From NCBI GenBank assembly GCA_001949185.1, contig BDGG01000003.1, positions 4,075,158-4,139,157 on the forward strand: a stretch of DNA of 64,000 nt, given 5' to 3'. The notes beneath the pieces are model-generated. The model did no database searches. It worked only from the letters and a program-made list of their open reading frames with translations, and was not told where the DNA came from. The translations under genes were made by a program, and so were the position numbers. Shown here piece by piece: positions 12,291-24,849 of the stretch. Numbering within the stretch: the first letter of the stretch is position 1; each line of letters opens with the position of its first letter. The stretch is from Ramazzottius varieornatus. Lineage: Eukaryota; Animalia; Tardigrada.

Positions 12291-12910
12291 TCATGGAAAG
12301 CTGGACTTGGAAGTTGAAAGACCGCATGGCATGTAGTGCAGCAGCAGCAGGAGACTGGAGTGTCTCTCCTCCTCTAGTATCTCTGTGGTAGCAGCTTTTA
12401 AAGTGTTGGAGTGACTACAGAATGAACTTGTAAATCTTGAACATAAATCCAGTTTTTTGGCGGACGGTATGCAGAAATTGGCATTTACAGTATGTACTCT
12501 TCGTTGTAATGCAGCATGCGATTGTTTGGCGGCACAAGTACTGCAGCGACAGACCAGTTCTGCCACGTGTGAACTGCGTGCTGAATGAGTAACTCCATCC
12601 ATCTCAATCTTGTGTCTCCTTTTGGGAAGGTTCCGATCGACACTTGATCAGTTCTGCTCAAAATATTTGCTAGCGCCGTTACAAAAGTCTCAGCTCGCGA
12701 GCACCCGAGCACGAACTGCAGGTCTTGAAGTCCAAGGCCGATCGACCGACACACGCAAGATGGCGCACCATATTCGACCTGGCAGGCAACTCCGTGAGTT
12801 TGACCAGTCAACACTGCAGCGCGCAACCACGGTACTGCTATTTCCACACCAGAGTATATTCTCTGTATTAAGCTGTACCTCTAGCTTTAATACTGAACAA
12901 GTTAGCAAGT
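12291..12910 (-). pseudogene. Possible degenerate Cys-rich Ly6/uPAR-like remnant
   Basis: Scattered Cys-rich fragments and a DFCNGAS motif after an in-frame stop, next to two intact Ly6 genes. No clean gene model. Confidence 0.25.
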
Positions 12911-13046
12911 TAAAAAGGAGAAAGTGGAAGAAGGCAAGAAGGTTCTGCTCGGAAAGCCTTTCGATAAACTTAGCATCGAGATGACAGAAATCCTTTGGTT
13001 GGCCAAGCCTATGTACAGTGTGGGGATTTATACATGCATCTCTTCT

Positions 13047-13934
13047 CTACAGGAGACTACGGACCAACAAGGAGAAAGTAACCAACAGGACAGCCAACGT
13101 GGACGCGGAAGTGGACACACCCGCGTTGCAGGAATCCTCCGCGCACAAACAGTAAGTCCCACTAAACCTGTAGATAGGCATTAAGTTTGTGTCGAAGATC
13201 TGTTGGTAGGAGGTAGAGACATTTCGGTCGCCGCTCCAGCAACCGGCAGTAGCTGCGTTGGGGTTCCCCGGTGGACCGAATGCTCTGAGAGCATCTACGG
13301 TGGCGCATCCACGCTGAATACCTGTCAACAATATCACACTAAACAAAAACCGGTTTCGTTACGCCAGACCGAACCCAACTAAGCAATAACAACCGTGACA
13401 CAGGGAGACTTTCACCACTTGAAAGCGCGGTTTTACCATCTAGAGTATTGGGAATAGGTGAGGCGGTAGCACTTCCGTACATGGCCCCGAACAGTTTCAG
13501 GCAAAACCTGGTGTTACCGTCACAAGTGACGTCCAGCCAGTTGCTGGAGTTTGTGCATTCAAAGGTATTCAGTTGGGGAGAACGGAAGAAGGTACTGCAA
13601 GCAGATCCATCGCAAAGAAGTTCGCATACCGGGAGAAGGTTTCTCCTACCTGTAATTTTTGCACTGGCGACATGATATTGAGGTAGCTAGAAGTCAAGAG
13701 CAGAACGGTCAGAAGATGTCGGCGCACTTGAGCTGTGATAAATGACAGCAAACAACAGTCGCGTATCGAATTTATCTGACTTTTCAACGCGCGAGTCTTT
13801 TACTGCTAGTCTTTTTCCCGTCGGACATCATGTACGAAAGTCGCAGAAACATGAAGACTGCAGTTCGTACCTGCTTTCAGGAGACCAGCGAGCAAGTAGA
13901 AAAAGGTGAAGATTTTTTGGGGACACCAATCCAT
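13047..13934 (-). CDS. GPI-anchored Ly6/uPAR (three-finger, quiver-like) protein B, 4 exons
   Basis: Signal exon MDWCPQKIFTFFYLLAGLLKA, then ISCRQC...C...TC.....FCLK...RGC...GC...YCLC..DSCN and a hydrophobic C-terminal GPI signal. Confidence 0.8.
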
Positions 13935-14224
13935 ATTTCGAATAATATTCGGGCAGGAATCGCAGATGCGCAGAGAGAACTGTCTGATAGATAGTTTCAA
14001 TTGTGGTATACGCTTGATTTCACAAAAATGCGGAGCACCACGCTCGGAAGGCTATTAGAAATTCAGCACAACATTGCTGCGGGCTGGAACTATTCAGCGC
14101 GTAATGAACAACCTTAATGTATGCAAACAGACAATCGATTAAAGTGTTTATTACGTTGAGATGGCTCTTCGATAAAACCATCAAGGTACTCACACCGCAC
14201 AAGGCAGTAAAAGCTAGTCCGTGC

Positions 14225-15241
14225 TCAATACAAGAAGGTGGTCAGAAAACTTGTTAGAAGTGTTATAAAGATCGCCCATCTGTATCCGTCAGGTGTGGAA
14301 CTTGCCGCACCGTTGCATCTGTCATTCCGACACAGACAGTAGGTTCCATCGAAGAGATACGTCGGGGTGGAGTTGGAGGCGTAGGATGCTTCGTAAGGGA
14401 CGGGCACTTCACGCCTTCCTGATTGACATCCCCCTGCACACAAAACAAGGTTAAATTGTTACTCCCACTAACTCTTCTTCACCACACGGGAAGCCGGCAA
14501 ACGGCACGTACAAGTTCGTTATTTCAAGTGGCGCACATCGTCGTTGTTGTTGGGTGAAGAAGTGCGCCACCTCAGGTAAGGATCCTGTACGCTTCTTTGC
14601 CAGCATCCCACCTGTTGCACTCTTCCGTACCTTCCGATCGATAGGAGTTTCCGTCTGGGTTGAAGACGAGAAGTGCTTCCGGTCCCACGCATCCTCGAAG
14701 CACGATGTCACTCGAGGCGCCACTGTTCCCTGTCGAACATGTTCAAATATGATTTATTTTGAAGTACTTTTTGTGGATGCGAAAGCTGAAGCTGTCTTTT
14801 GAGGTCGTAGTAGATAATCTTGAAAGTTTCTATCTACCTGTGGGGAAATTGGCGCCGGTGTTGCCTTCAGTAGGTACCCCAGGAGTTAGTCTCCCGTTGC
14901 CGGATACTTTGCCTATCGCTTTTAGGCAGAAGTTCGAGCTGGCATCACAGGTGGTTTCGACATAGTTGGAAGCATCAGAGCAATCGACGCGGCTCTGAAT
15001 GGGGTCCGTGAAGAATTTGTCATAGTTTTTGCACTGCAGACATTTTAGAGGGTCTTTGGCGACTACTGGAAAGAAAAGGGACCATTCACTGACAAGATTC
15101 GTGAGATTACGGAGATCGAGCCCATACGTCGATCAGATGATAACAGGGAATAAGAATTACTTTGTTCGTACCTGCAAGTCCCATCGTTACCAACCATATT
15201 GTACATTCCAGGGCAAATTTTCTCGGACTGTAGATCTCCAT
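14225..15241 (-). CDS. GPI-anchored Ly6/uPAR (three-finger, quiver-like) protein A, 4 exons
   Basis: Signal exon MEIYSPRKFALECTIWLVTMGLA, then LKCLQCKNY...DC...TC....FCLK...RGC...GC...YCLCRNDRCN and a hydrophobic tail. Paralog of the neighbouring gene. Confidence 0.8.
14488..14609. mobile_element. Hairpin MITE family copy (Ly6 A intron)
   Basis: GGGAAGCCGGCAAAC...CAAGTGGCGCAC-loop-GTGCGCCAC...TTTGCCAGCATCCC. Confidence 0.75.
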
Positions 15242-15629
15242 ACTGTTGCCTGAAAAGTTTCCCGTTCGTCAACTAATAAGTCGACAAAGCGAAACGAAGC
15301 GGAATGTGGAGAGGAATGGGAACGAAGGCACAAGTGTGCATGTTGCGAAGTTGAACGTTTATCGTCTTGGGTCTTCGTCGTTTATTTTGGCGAAACGACC
15401 ACGTTTTCACAGTCAAAATTTGCCTCTGGCTGTTTGGTGGTTTACAAGATATTTTTAAGATTGTGGTACGTGGTGATCCAAGAGCCTTCTGTAATAAACG
15501 TCCAGCGAATTGCCGTTTTCGTTGCGGACCGTAACTCTGAAAACATGAGACCCTTTGTAATTCCAATTCCTCGAGATTTCCTAATGGTGAAAATTCAGTG
15601 AACGGCGCTTATGTGCTATACCTGACGTA

Positions 15630-15772
15630 GGACACGCGTCTGCCCTGATTACCGCCATGGACAAACTTATTGAAAACCGGCCGAAAGCGACAACATACAG
15701 TAAATTCAGGTGGCCACGGCCGTTGCCAATAACTTTTCCCGTGCCAATAATTAGGGCAGGTGCATGTGTACC
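15630..15772. repeat. Degenerate inverted repeat (old MITE-like)
   Basis: ACACGCGTCTGCCCTGATTA...CTTATTG pairs imperfectly with CAATAACT...TAATTAGGGCAGGTGCATGTGT. Confidence 0.45.
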
Positions 15773-16213
15773 CGTACCCGCAGTTACGCAGGCGCCGCGC
15801 ACGGTAAGTTAGTGCATACTTCCTTGTTTAGCATAGTAAGCGGTACTTCAAGTTTCCACGAAACGGACCAGTGACTAATATGTTTTAACGATAGGGCTCC
15901 TCTGATACTACATTACTACGGTGCATATCGCTCATAAGCTGCTTCATGCTGCTTTTGTCAATTGTTAGCAGAAAACTGAGCATAAAAAACAACATAAAAA
16001 ACGTGAAGTACAGTTATTACTCATCAATAAGGTGGAGCGTGGGTAGACTACGCAGCTGATCGTTCATAGGCTCTATACTGGATTACCTTGCGATGGTCCG
16101 TCTTTCTTTCTTTTCCCAGGATGTCAGATCCGTGGTCTTGAACACGACTCAAGTTAGTCCTTGTCCAGTCTAAGAAACATCGCAGTTCCGAGGATACATC
16201 CGGGCTGTCAACA

Positions 16214-18335
16214 ATGACCAGGAAGCCAGTCTCTCTCCTTTTCGTTGTTTGTGTATTCTACCTATCTCTCCTCTGTAGTGAAGCTCGTCCCATCGAGAAG
16301 AGAAGTTTAGATTTAAGCAAGATAAAAGAGACAGGTACGTATGATTTCCTGTCATAAGCCGCGATGCGGATCTCTAGTACTAATATCTTTCTTTCTGCAG
16401 TGACCAATTTCGTGAAGGCCATCCCATCGCGTACGCAAGCTGCATTTGACAGGATGTCGTGTCTTCATTCTTTGTTGTCGCTAATTATTTTCTTACGTTC
16501 TTGCTCGAACCATCTTTTGTTGCTGCAGACTGGCGAGAGTACATTCCGGAGGAACTGTACCAAAAGGGTATCGCGCGAGCCAAACGGCTGCAGGGAGCCA
16601 TAGAGCACTTCTTCGAGGGGGATATCGCTGGGATCGACAAAGGCGGTGGAAGACAGGTACCTTTGCTTGTCCGGAAGCTCTGGAAAACTTTTGATCGTAT
16701 ATTCTTAGAGACTATCTCTGTGTCTCGTAGAGAGCACCGCTGGCGAGCAATGGGATGATAGACCGCAACTTTCTGTGGCCGAATGGAACCGTGCCCTACG
16801 AGATCAGCTCCTCCTTTGGTATGCTACGTCCATATCCATCTTGCTTTCTAGTGATAACATGCTCCCAACTCTTTGGTAGCACCGCATGAACTGGGAGTGA
16901 TAGAAGGCAGCTTGAAAGACATCATGGCTAAAACTTGCGTCAGATTTGTTCCGCGTACCACAGAAACCGACTACATCAGCTTTGTTCGCCGAGGTCTCGG
17001 GTAAATACGGCTAAATGTGACTCTTTGGCTTTTCAGTGTGGAACCTATCAAGCTACTGTAACTCTGTGCTTGTTCCTCTTTAATACAGGTGTAGCTCCTA
17101 TGTGGCACGCGTAGGCGGAAAACAATACGTAAGAGAATTGGTTTCTTAGGTTCTACCCGGTGAAATCTGTCAACATCCGCATAGTTCTTCTGTCTGTAGG
17201 TGGACCTTCAGCCAGGATGCATTTACGAGCTCGGAGAAGTTCAGCACGAAGTGATGCACGCTCTGGGATTCTATCATGAGCAAAGTCGAGAAGACCGCGA
17301 CCAGTACGTTCAAATCATTTGGGACAATGTGAAACCAGGTATGTTCATCTTCTGTCTGTGAATAAGTGGCCCAAGAATCCATATGGAAAGCCGACAACCG
17401 AAACGGAAGAGATCGTTGTCATAACTGGCGCACGCTCCCAGCCAAAACAGGGAAACTGTGCGCTAGTTGTGATAACGATTCTGTACGTTCTGTTTACCGG
17501 CTTCCGAATATCGTTATTCCATGTTCTTACCTGTATGAGGAACTGTTTCGCAGATCAGAGGGATCAGTTCAAGAAGTACGTCACGAACACGATGAACCTC
17601 TCGTACGATTATAATTCTATCATGCACTATGGATGGAACTACTTTGCGGTGGACATCACCAAGCCGACGATCCTTCCAAACGTCAAAGGGGCAGCTATTG
17701 GATCGAGGACCGCGATGAGTCCAACTGATGTAGAAAAGATCAACAGGCAGTACAGCTGTCCGCAATCCATCCAGAACAGACCGCAGATTCCGATCCCTAG
17801 CCAGTGGCTAGCAGTGCAGGCAGTTCCCGTGGCGCCTGTGGTACCCGGAAGTGTGACGCCCTCTCCTTCAGCAGGCTCTCCCGGGTAAATTTCTTGCCTC
17901 CAATACAATATTTTGCATTTGTCGACTTTGTAATTAATCGCTTCGCTTTTGGCAATCTTAGAATTTCAAAAACAAATTGCTTTTGAATCGGTAAGCAAAC
18001 TCGATAGATTAAATTTTCCAAGCTGCACTCGCTGTTGATGTTATTGGCTGACAGCGTGGGCCACTTGGAAAGACGATCCTGTCGAGTTTGTGTGCCGAGC
18101 CGTTATTTCCCAATTTCAGAAACCATTCCAAAAATTCAGTTTCAAAACTTAAGTCTTGGTTCGGATACTTGATCCAATTTCCATCCATTCCATTATCCCG
18201 CTTGTGCATTGCAGGTGTAAGGGAGTGACTGGCCGTTCGGAGCCGACTACAGCGCCACCTTCCTTTTGGGGCAAGGTGAAGAACGTCCTAAAGAACAAAG
18301 CTCAAGATGTGATATGCCAGGTAGTCGGGAACTAG
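16214..18335 (+). CDS. Secreted astacin (M12A) zinc metalloprotease (multi-exon)
   Basis: Signal peptide MTRKPVSLLFVVCVFYLSLLCSEA, prodomain FEGDI, LWPNGTVPY, HEVMHALGFYHEQSREDRD and Met-turn SIMHYG. Probable last exon 18215-18335; alternative stop at 17888 if unspliced. Confidence 0.9.
17385..17505. mobile_element. Hairpin MITE family copy (astacin intron)
   Basis: GGAAAGCCGAC...AACTGGCGCAC-loop-GTGCGCTAGTT...TTTACCGGCTTCC. Confidence 0.65.
17988..18101. mobile_element. Hairpin MITE family copy (probable astacin last intron)
   Basis: AAGCAAACTCGA...GCCACTTGGAAAGACGATCCTGTCGAGTTTGTGTGCCGAGC. Confidence 0.7.
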
Positions 18336-19569
18336 TTCAAAAGCGCCATTGTTTATGATCCCGTGGGTAATATTATTTTCGGTGGTTCCTTTGTTGACAC
18401 TAGTTCCGGTAGGCGATGATAAGGATGAGATGAATTACACGTAGGTGTGTTTACTTTTGCCGTCGAAGGCGGAGTGCTTCCGCGTTTTGGCGTCCCTATG
18501 TGTGTTGTAATAATGCTTGCACAGCGGTTCCTCTATATCGCAGTGCAACTGGTCTGACGGGTAAACCTTGCAAAGTTCGATGTTCGAAAATGCAAAGTCT
18601 AGATGAAATCGGTCTTCTGCATTCGTGCATGGTTCGAAAATTTGTGTCTATCGGTCGAGCTGCATTTTGAATGACGTTTTGGATACGCAAGCAGAGACTT
18701 CGATTTTCTCTTCGTTTGCGGTACATAAGGAATACTACCATAGGAAATTTCAGCCTTTCTGTCGATCCGGGTCTTGGAAGTGCGAAAATCTAGAATCTTC
18801 TCCATCTGATGCAAAGTATTTGGTCCGTCGATCTTGTTTTGTGTGGTGGACAAGTTGGCCGGGGATGAATATTTGTCTTCCTTTTTTACTTTGGTTTCCT
18901 TATTGCAAGTCGCCCTGCGGGTCGTTTTTGTTTATATTCTTTGGCACTGCGTTTCTCCTTACGGCTGCAGGCACTGCATGAACGGGCAGAAAGTCAAGCT
19001 GTCAATCGGAGGTCTTCGAGTACTCCGCGTGCTGCCAGCCAGACGGATTAGTCAACCGCAGCTGTTGACTTGCTGAAACGGATTATCGCGTTTTGAAGGG
19101 CACGTAAGTCAAAGGCCTTGATACGGAAGCTTGACCAGTTTTCATCGGTAGATCTAAATGCATTGTCATCGTTTGCGAGAACGCAAGATTCAGATTTTAT
19201 TCATCTGACATTTAATGCTTTGTTCATTTTGCTGATGGAGGTTTTTCTTTCTGCAGAGCTAAAAGAGCACAATTTTACCGGATATTCTCGATGGACCAGC
19301 TTTGTGGGTGATGCGCCGGAAGCCCAGAGCGCTGACCGGAGACCAGGTACGATAATAAAATTCAACAATGAGAATAGGTGCCTCGAAGCGGGACATTCTG
19401 ACAAAAGCTGCTACCGTTGCTTACCGGTGCGAGAACAATAAAGTTTCACAGTTTCAGTCTCTCTTGTCCATTGGCATGCGCCAGCTCGAACGATATGATT
19501 GTTCGATGAGATAATCTTCTTTGCCTGGGCAAATATTCGTACATATTTAGTCATCATCGAAATCTGGAA

Positions 19570-22500
19570 ATGTCCTCGTCCAATCTTAATGGAGAAATCG
19601 ATGTTCTGCACTTCCGGTTCCAGTGCGGTTTGCACCGGGAGCCCGTGGCTTGCAGTTATGCGGACCTCAGTCTTCGGACACTGAAGGAGAGAGCCACGCT
19701 GTTCGTAGAACGTTCGTTCCCCAATCATGGCATCAAGAAGCTGCAGGATCGTCTGCTGCTTTACCGGCATGATTCGTCGACAGAGAACATCCTGCAGATG
19801 CTTCAGGTAACTTAAATTACAGGGTGATCACGCCAAGGGACTACTTTAAAGTTCCAATGAAGTGGGACAAGATTGGTCCGGGTCCGCGTAAAGAATCCAC
19901 CCGGCTACGCGCCGTTTTGGCTGTTATGTGTCAGTCATAGCGATCAGCTGATCTATACACACTTTGACCAGATATTTCACCCACCATCCGCGCGGTCTTT
20001 TTACACGCACCCCGGACCCAAACCTGTCCCGCATCATTGGCACTTTAGAGTACCACCTCATGATTTATGGCGCTCTCGGCTGCGTGTGGGTTGGTCCTCA
20101 GAACTCATTTTTCTTAACTTAATGTCCCTGTTGCTGCCTTCTAAAAAAACCTGGCCAGAAAGAATCTCCGTACGAAGTCGAAATTCGTCCTGAGACCAGA
20201 GAGGGTAGAACTTCGTACCTGCTCCGGAGCGAACTTTTCGCTGTTTCCCTCATCGAAAAAAAATTGGATCTTCTCTCTTCTGCACTTTTGAGCCAAAAGT
20301 GCCGATCAAAAATTGTTCAACAGTAGTCTGGCTTCCGAGAAAAACATAGTGCTCTTCTGCATCACTTGTTGATTCATTGATACAACTGCTGTGGCGAAAC
20401 TGAGCAAAAATACAGGGTGCGCGCCTGAAAACAAGGTTGCTCGAAATGGTCTGGGGTTTTTTCCGGTAGATAAAACCATAAACGGAAAGCCAAATCATTT
20501 ATCTCTCTGAATCCGAAGCGAAAGCAGCGTGCAAAGCTGCACGAATTATGTGGAGGGACGAAAGAAAATCAGACAGTCTGAAGTTTTTCTGCGCCAAAGT
20601 ACCAGGTGGTAGTCACTTGGCGTGATCACCCTGTTGCATGCAGGAGCTCGGCAATCGAATTCGATACAATTATTTTCCCAAGTGGCACACACTCACAGTG
20701 TGACGGTTCGGAAGCGTTCGGCACTCGGACAATGCGAGAAAACTGTTTTCCAAGTGGCGCACGTTTGTAGTACCCCTGACCGTAAGGTGCGCCACTTGAA
20801 AAAGCGGTCTTGTCGATTTCGTAGCCTAGTTCCCTCTAGTGAACCGAGTAATGATTCCGTCATTTCTTCTCTATGTCTGTTTACAATTTGATAGGTAGCG
20901 TCCGAGGTGTCTAATGGGACGCTGTTGGAAATTGTGATATCCGGGGATGATCTGGGCGGTGATGACTTGGACGATCTGGACATTAGGCCGCATCATTGGG
21001 TGGTTCACAATTACAAGACACCGACATTTTGTGACCACTGCTCGGAGATGCTTTTGGGCATCACAAAACAGGGTTTAAAGTGTGAATGTTGCGGTATGAA
21101 TTCCCACAAGAACTGCGCGTACAAGATACCCAACAGTTGCGCTTACACCATCAAGACTCCCAGACCCGAGAGTCAACCCGATCTAAGTAATTTGGCCACC
21201 CGGAAGTCCAACGAAGAAAATCACAATCCTCACCTTCTGGGAATTCCCGGTATGAGATCGGGAAGAACCTCGAACAACCGATCACCATCACCATCGTCGA
21301 TGATGTCTAGTTCTTCGACGGTCTCTGTCAAGAGCAACGCCAACATTAGGCCGCCCATCATTGACAGGATCATGTCGAAGAGAGTCAAAGTTCCGCATAC
21401 TTTCGTGCTCAAGACGTTCAAGGTGCCCACGCTCTGTCGAATATGTCAAAATCTGTTGAAAGGACTTTTCAGGCAAGGTCTTCGGTGCAAAGACTGCGGA
21501 ATGACGGTGCACGAGAAGTGTGCGGGGAGCTGTCTGAACGATTGCACTGGGGAACCGCCGTCAGCGGAGATGGTCTCGCCATCAACAACTGCAGAACATA
21601 ACCCAAAACCGCTGTTTTATATTGAATCTCAAGCTAGTTCGGCTGTCGAGCCCGACATTCCGGTGACTGTGACGGGTGCTGATGGAGAAGCTCCGACGAT
21701 ACCTCGTAAGTGTAAAGGATATTACCCAATAGAAATGATATTCGGTAGTCGGTAACTCGACTACGATGTGTCGATCGGTCATGCACCATGCTACGCGACT
21801 GCTGTTGTTCGCCGGTATGTACCTTAACCAAGCGAGGGCTAATACCATCCCAAGCACTTGCATACAGTTTGCAGGGATCATTGTGTCCCGTTATGTTATC
21901 GGCATTCCAGAAGAATGACTTCTTTATCGTCAGTGACATGAAAATAGATCGCTTCGAGCATGTGTGTCCTCTCAATAGAAGTGTGATGTTCACAGAGCCA
22001 GCCAACACATCGAACCAAATTGTGGCCCAGCGGCTTTTCCAGTCAAAGCGAAGCAAAGACACGATGGAAACGCTCCCGGCACTGAAGGAAGGATGGCTGG
22101 TATGACCAAGGCTCTGTAGAATAAGTTGTACATGAATGTTGATGGATAAGAGTCCAGTGACATGTTTCGTCTGTATACACTAGAGAGGGAATTTTTTTCC
22201 GACTTATTTCTATTTTTTCAGGTACACTACACCAGCAAGAATCCTACCCGGCTCCGCCATTACTGGCGCCTGAACTCCAGTAAACTGATTATGTACCAGT
22301 CGGATACAGACCGTAGTGTCTTCTGCAAGATTCCACTAGAGCGTATTTTTAGCATGGATGCAGGAGGCCAGCTCCCCAGTCCGCACACTTTCCAGATCCG
22401 CACAGCTAGCTTGGTCTTTTATGTCGGTGATAAACCTCAATCAGCAAATGCGGAAGGATGGGCGGTTAAAATAAAGAAATGTCTGATGCCGGTGGGAAGA

Positions 22501-24171
22501 ACCGAAGAAATGGACTCCAAGAACCGCCTATACTGTCCGCTGGAAGACATACACTCGTACTGCCAGATTTTCCCCGATGATGTCTTGGGCGCTGGTCAGT
22601 TTGGCGTAGTATACACGTGCAAGAACCGGCTGACCGGAGCTGAGGTAAAGACCATACTTGGAAACTGAGCAGAGGAAACGTACAAGGTTGTCATCGAACA
22701 ACTTGAGTGGCGCACCTTTCCACCCAATAACAATGAAACGGTGCACCACTTGAAATAACGATCTTGTATGTTTTGGTGGTTTTGTTTGACCAGCTCTCGT
22801 TTCTCGACTTTTTGAAAGGATTAGAAAATCAGAACGATGCTTTATCGTAGTTGGCTGTTAAAGTTACGGACAAGCCTCGACTCACCGTCAAAGAAGCCGC
22901 GAGGATGAAGGCGGAAGTGGAAATCATGCGTTGCTTGAATCATCCCGGAGTTATTTCGGTGGACGGGTTCTTCGAAAATTCTAAGCACGTGTTCATCATT
23001 ATGGAAAAACTCCCGAGTGACATGCTTAAGTTTATCTTGTCTACGGAAAAACGGAGGCTTTCAGAAAGGATGGGGAAGTTCTTTACGTACCAAATACTGG
23101 CCGCACTTGGATACCTGCATTCGAAAAAGATTGCTCATTGTGATTTGGTAGGAACGCCGTTTGATATGTACTATGACTTTCTGTTGGCGGCGAGTTCGAT
23201 TTCGTACTAGATCAAATTTGTTCTTCAGAAACCCGAGAATATTCTTCTGACGTCAGAACTCGACTTTCCTCAAATCAAGCTGTGTGACTTTGGGTTCTCG
23301 AAAATCATCGGTGAGAGCAGTTTCCGCAAGTCCATTGTGGGTACGCCTGCCTATTTAGCCCCAGAAGCACTCAGTCGCAATAAGCGCTACAACCGCCTTT
23401 TGGATATGTGGTCCGTGGGCATCATTATCTACGTTACGCTGGCCGGAGTCTTTCCCTTTCATGAGAACGAGGTACATGAACGAGATTTCAAAATCTAGAA
23501 TTCAACACAAAAAGGAATTAGACAAACAAACTCGACAAGATTGTTTTTAAGTGGCGCGCGCTTCCAGCCAGTAGCACTAGACAGGTGCGCCGCTTGCTAA
23601 AACGATCTTGTCGAGTTTGTTTACGAGTACCGACCTCGCAAATATGACATTTTACTCCTTTTAGGATCTTGCCGACCAAATCCGAAATCCTCGATTCATG
23701 TTTCCCAAAGACCCATGGGCAGAAATCTCTGCGGCTGCTGTTGACCTGATCAAGCACCTTTTGGTGTTAGAGATCAAGAACCGCTACACGGTCTACAAAG
23801 CAGCTCAGCACAACTGGTTCTTGGACTACCAGATGTACGCTGATTTGAGGAACCTCGAAAGCGCTGTTGGGAAACGCTACCTGACTCATGAGGCCGATGA
23901 CGCTCGGTGGGAAGAATACCGTAAATCCCGGAATTTACCAGACTTCGCCCCAGCTCAGAAAGTGAGATGTTAATTTCAGATAGTCAACATCCGTCCTCGC
24001 ACAATCTTACCGCACCTACCTGTTTGTGTAACGCTTTTTGTCTCCCAGGATTACTTTACGGCGAACTACGACGACAGTGATAAGTCCGATGAGGAGAGCG
24101 ATGTCCTTTATGAGGAACGTCCCGCGACGACAACGGCCAAGCCTCCAGCCGGCGAAGGTGCAGCCTCCTAG
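19570..24171 (+). CDS. PRKD: Serine/threonine protein kinase D (multi-exon)
   Basis: Ubiquitin-like N-terminus, two C1 domains ([15 protein letters not shown]...PTLCRIC), PH domain (KEGWLVHYT...RHYWRL), kinase [47 protein letters not shown]. Confidence 0.93.
19820..20633. mobile_element. Tc1/mariner-like non-autonomous element in PKD intron 1, carrying a nested MITE
   Basis: Left TA-CAGGGTGATCACGCCAAGGGACTA[insert]CCACCT and right AGGTGGTAGTCACTTGGCGTGATCACCCTG form TIRs. Confidence 0.8.
19844..20050. mobile_element. ~207-bp MITE with TA duplication (copy 2)
   Basis: Reverse complement of 8325-8529; TA at 19842-43 and 20051-52. Confidence 0.9.
20643..20834. mobile_element. Hairpin MITE family, double-core form (PKD intron)
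   Basis: GGAGCTCGGC arm and two CCAAGTGGC(A/G)CAC cores, ending CTAGTTCCC. Confidence 0.7.
22667..22796. mobile_element. Hairpin MITE family copy (PKD intron)
   Basis: GAGTGGCGCAC-CCAATAAC loop-GTGCACCACTTG...CCAGCTC. Confidence 0.7.
23514..23628. mobile_element. Hairpin MITE family copy (PKD intron)
   Basis: CAAACAAACTCGACAAGAT...AAGTGGCGCGC...GTGCGCCGCTT...ATCTTGTCGAGTTTGTTT. Confidence 0.8.
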
Positions 24172-24849
24172 GCTTTCCAGACCTTATTAATCTCGAGACA
24201 AGTTACGATTAATTTGTCTTTTCTTTTGAAATTTCCACCCTGAAAAATTTTGTGAATGGAACATGTGATCCCGTATTGTCGGAAATTGGCCTTTGCCTTA
24301 CCCTATAAATACACGTTCATGTTCTCCGCATGCGGCGCGGCCCGAGTGAACAGTGTACTGATTGGCTGTCCTGACAGATTTAGACAGTACATTTACGTTC
24401 GGTCGGAGAGCGCTGTCGGAACTCCGCCCGATTTTACGCTAAAATTTTACAGAAGAGGGTCTTAACCGTGTGGGGTGTTTATGGCGTTGAAAGATGCTTT
24501 ATTTTTCTACTGCCTCTTGACGTCTGCGATATCAAGAACTGTTGTCGACGGAATTCGCAAGGGTCCTCGGCTTTTCAGGTGGGATTCCACGACAATGGAC
24601 AGATTGTGGGCTATACTAATTAATTTTCGTATCTAGAGATATAATCTCTGCTACGAGGTATCCTACCGTACACATTCCCGGACGTCAACCAACGAGCTTT
24701 GCGCACTGTTTTGTACTTTCTGTCGAACTGTACACATATATGCAGTAAGTCTTGGCGGTTGCCATAAAAGGTCTGACAGGTCCTCGCAATTTTGTGTCTG
24801 AGGGATTTCGATGATGTTTGATATGCAGAGGCAGCTGCCGGTTTCCAGG

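Noticed and set aside
12690-12692. TGA before DFCN as selenocysteine
   Set aside because: Not at a conserved Cys position, no SECIS seen, and the region looks decayed.
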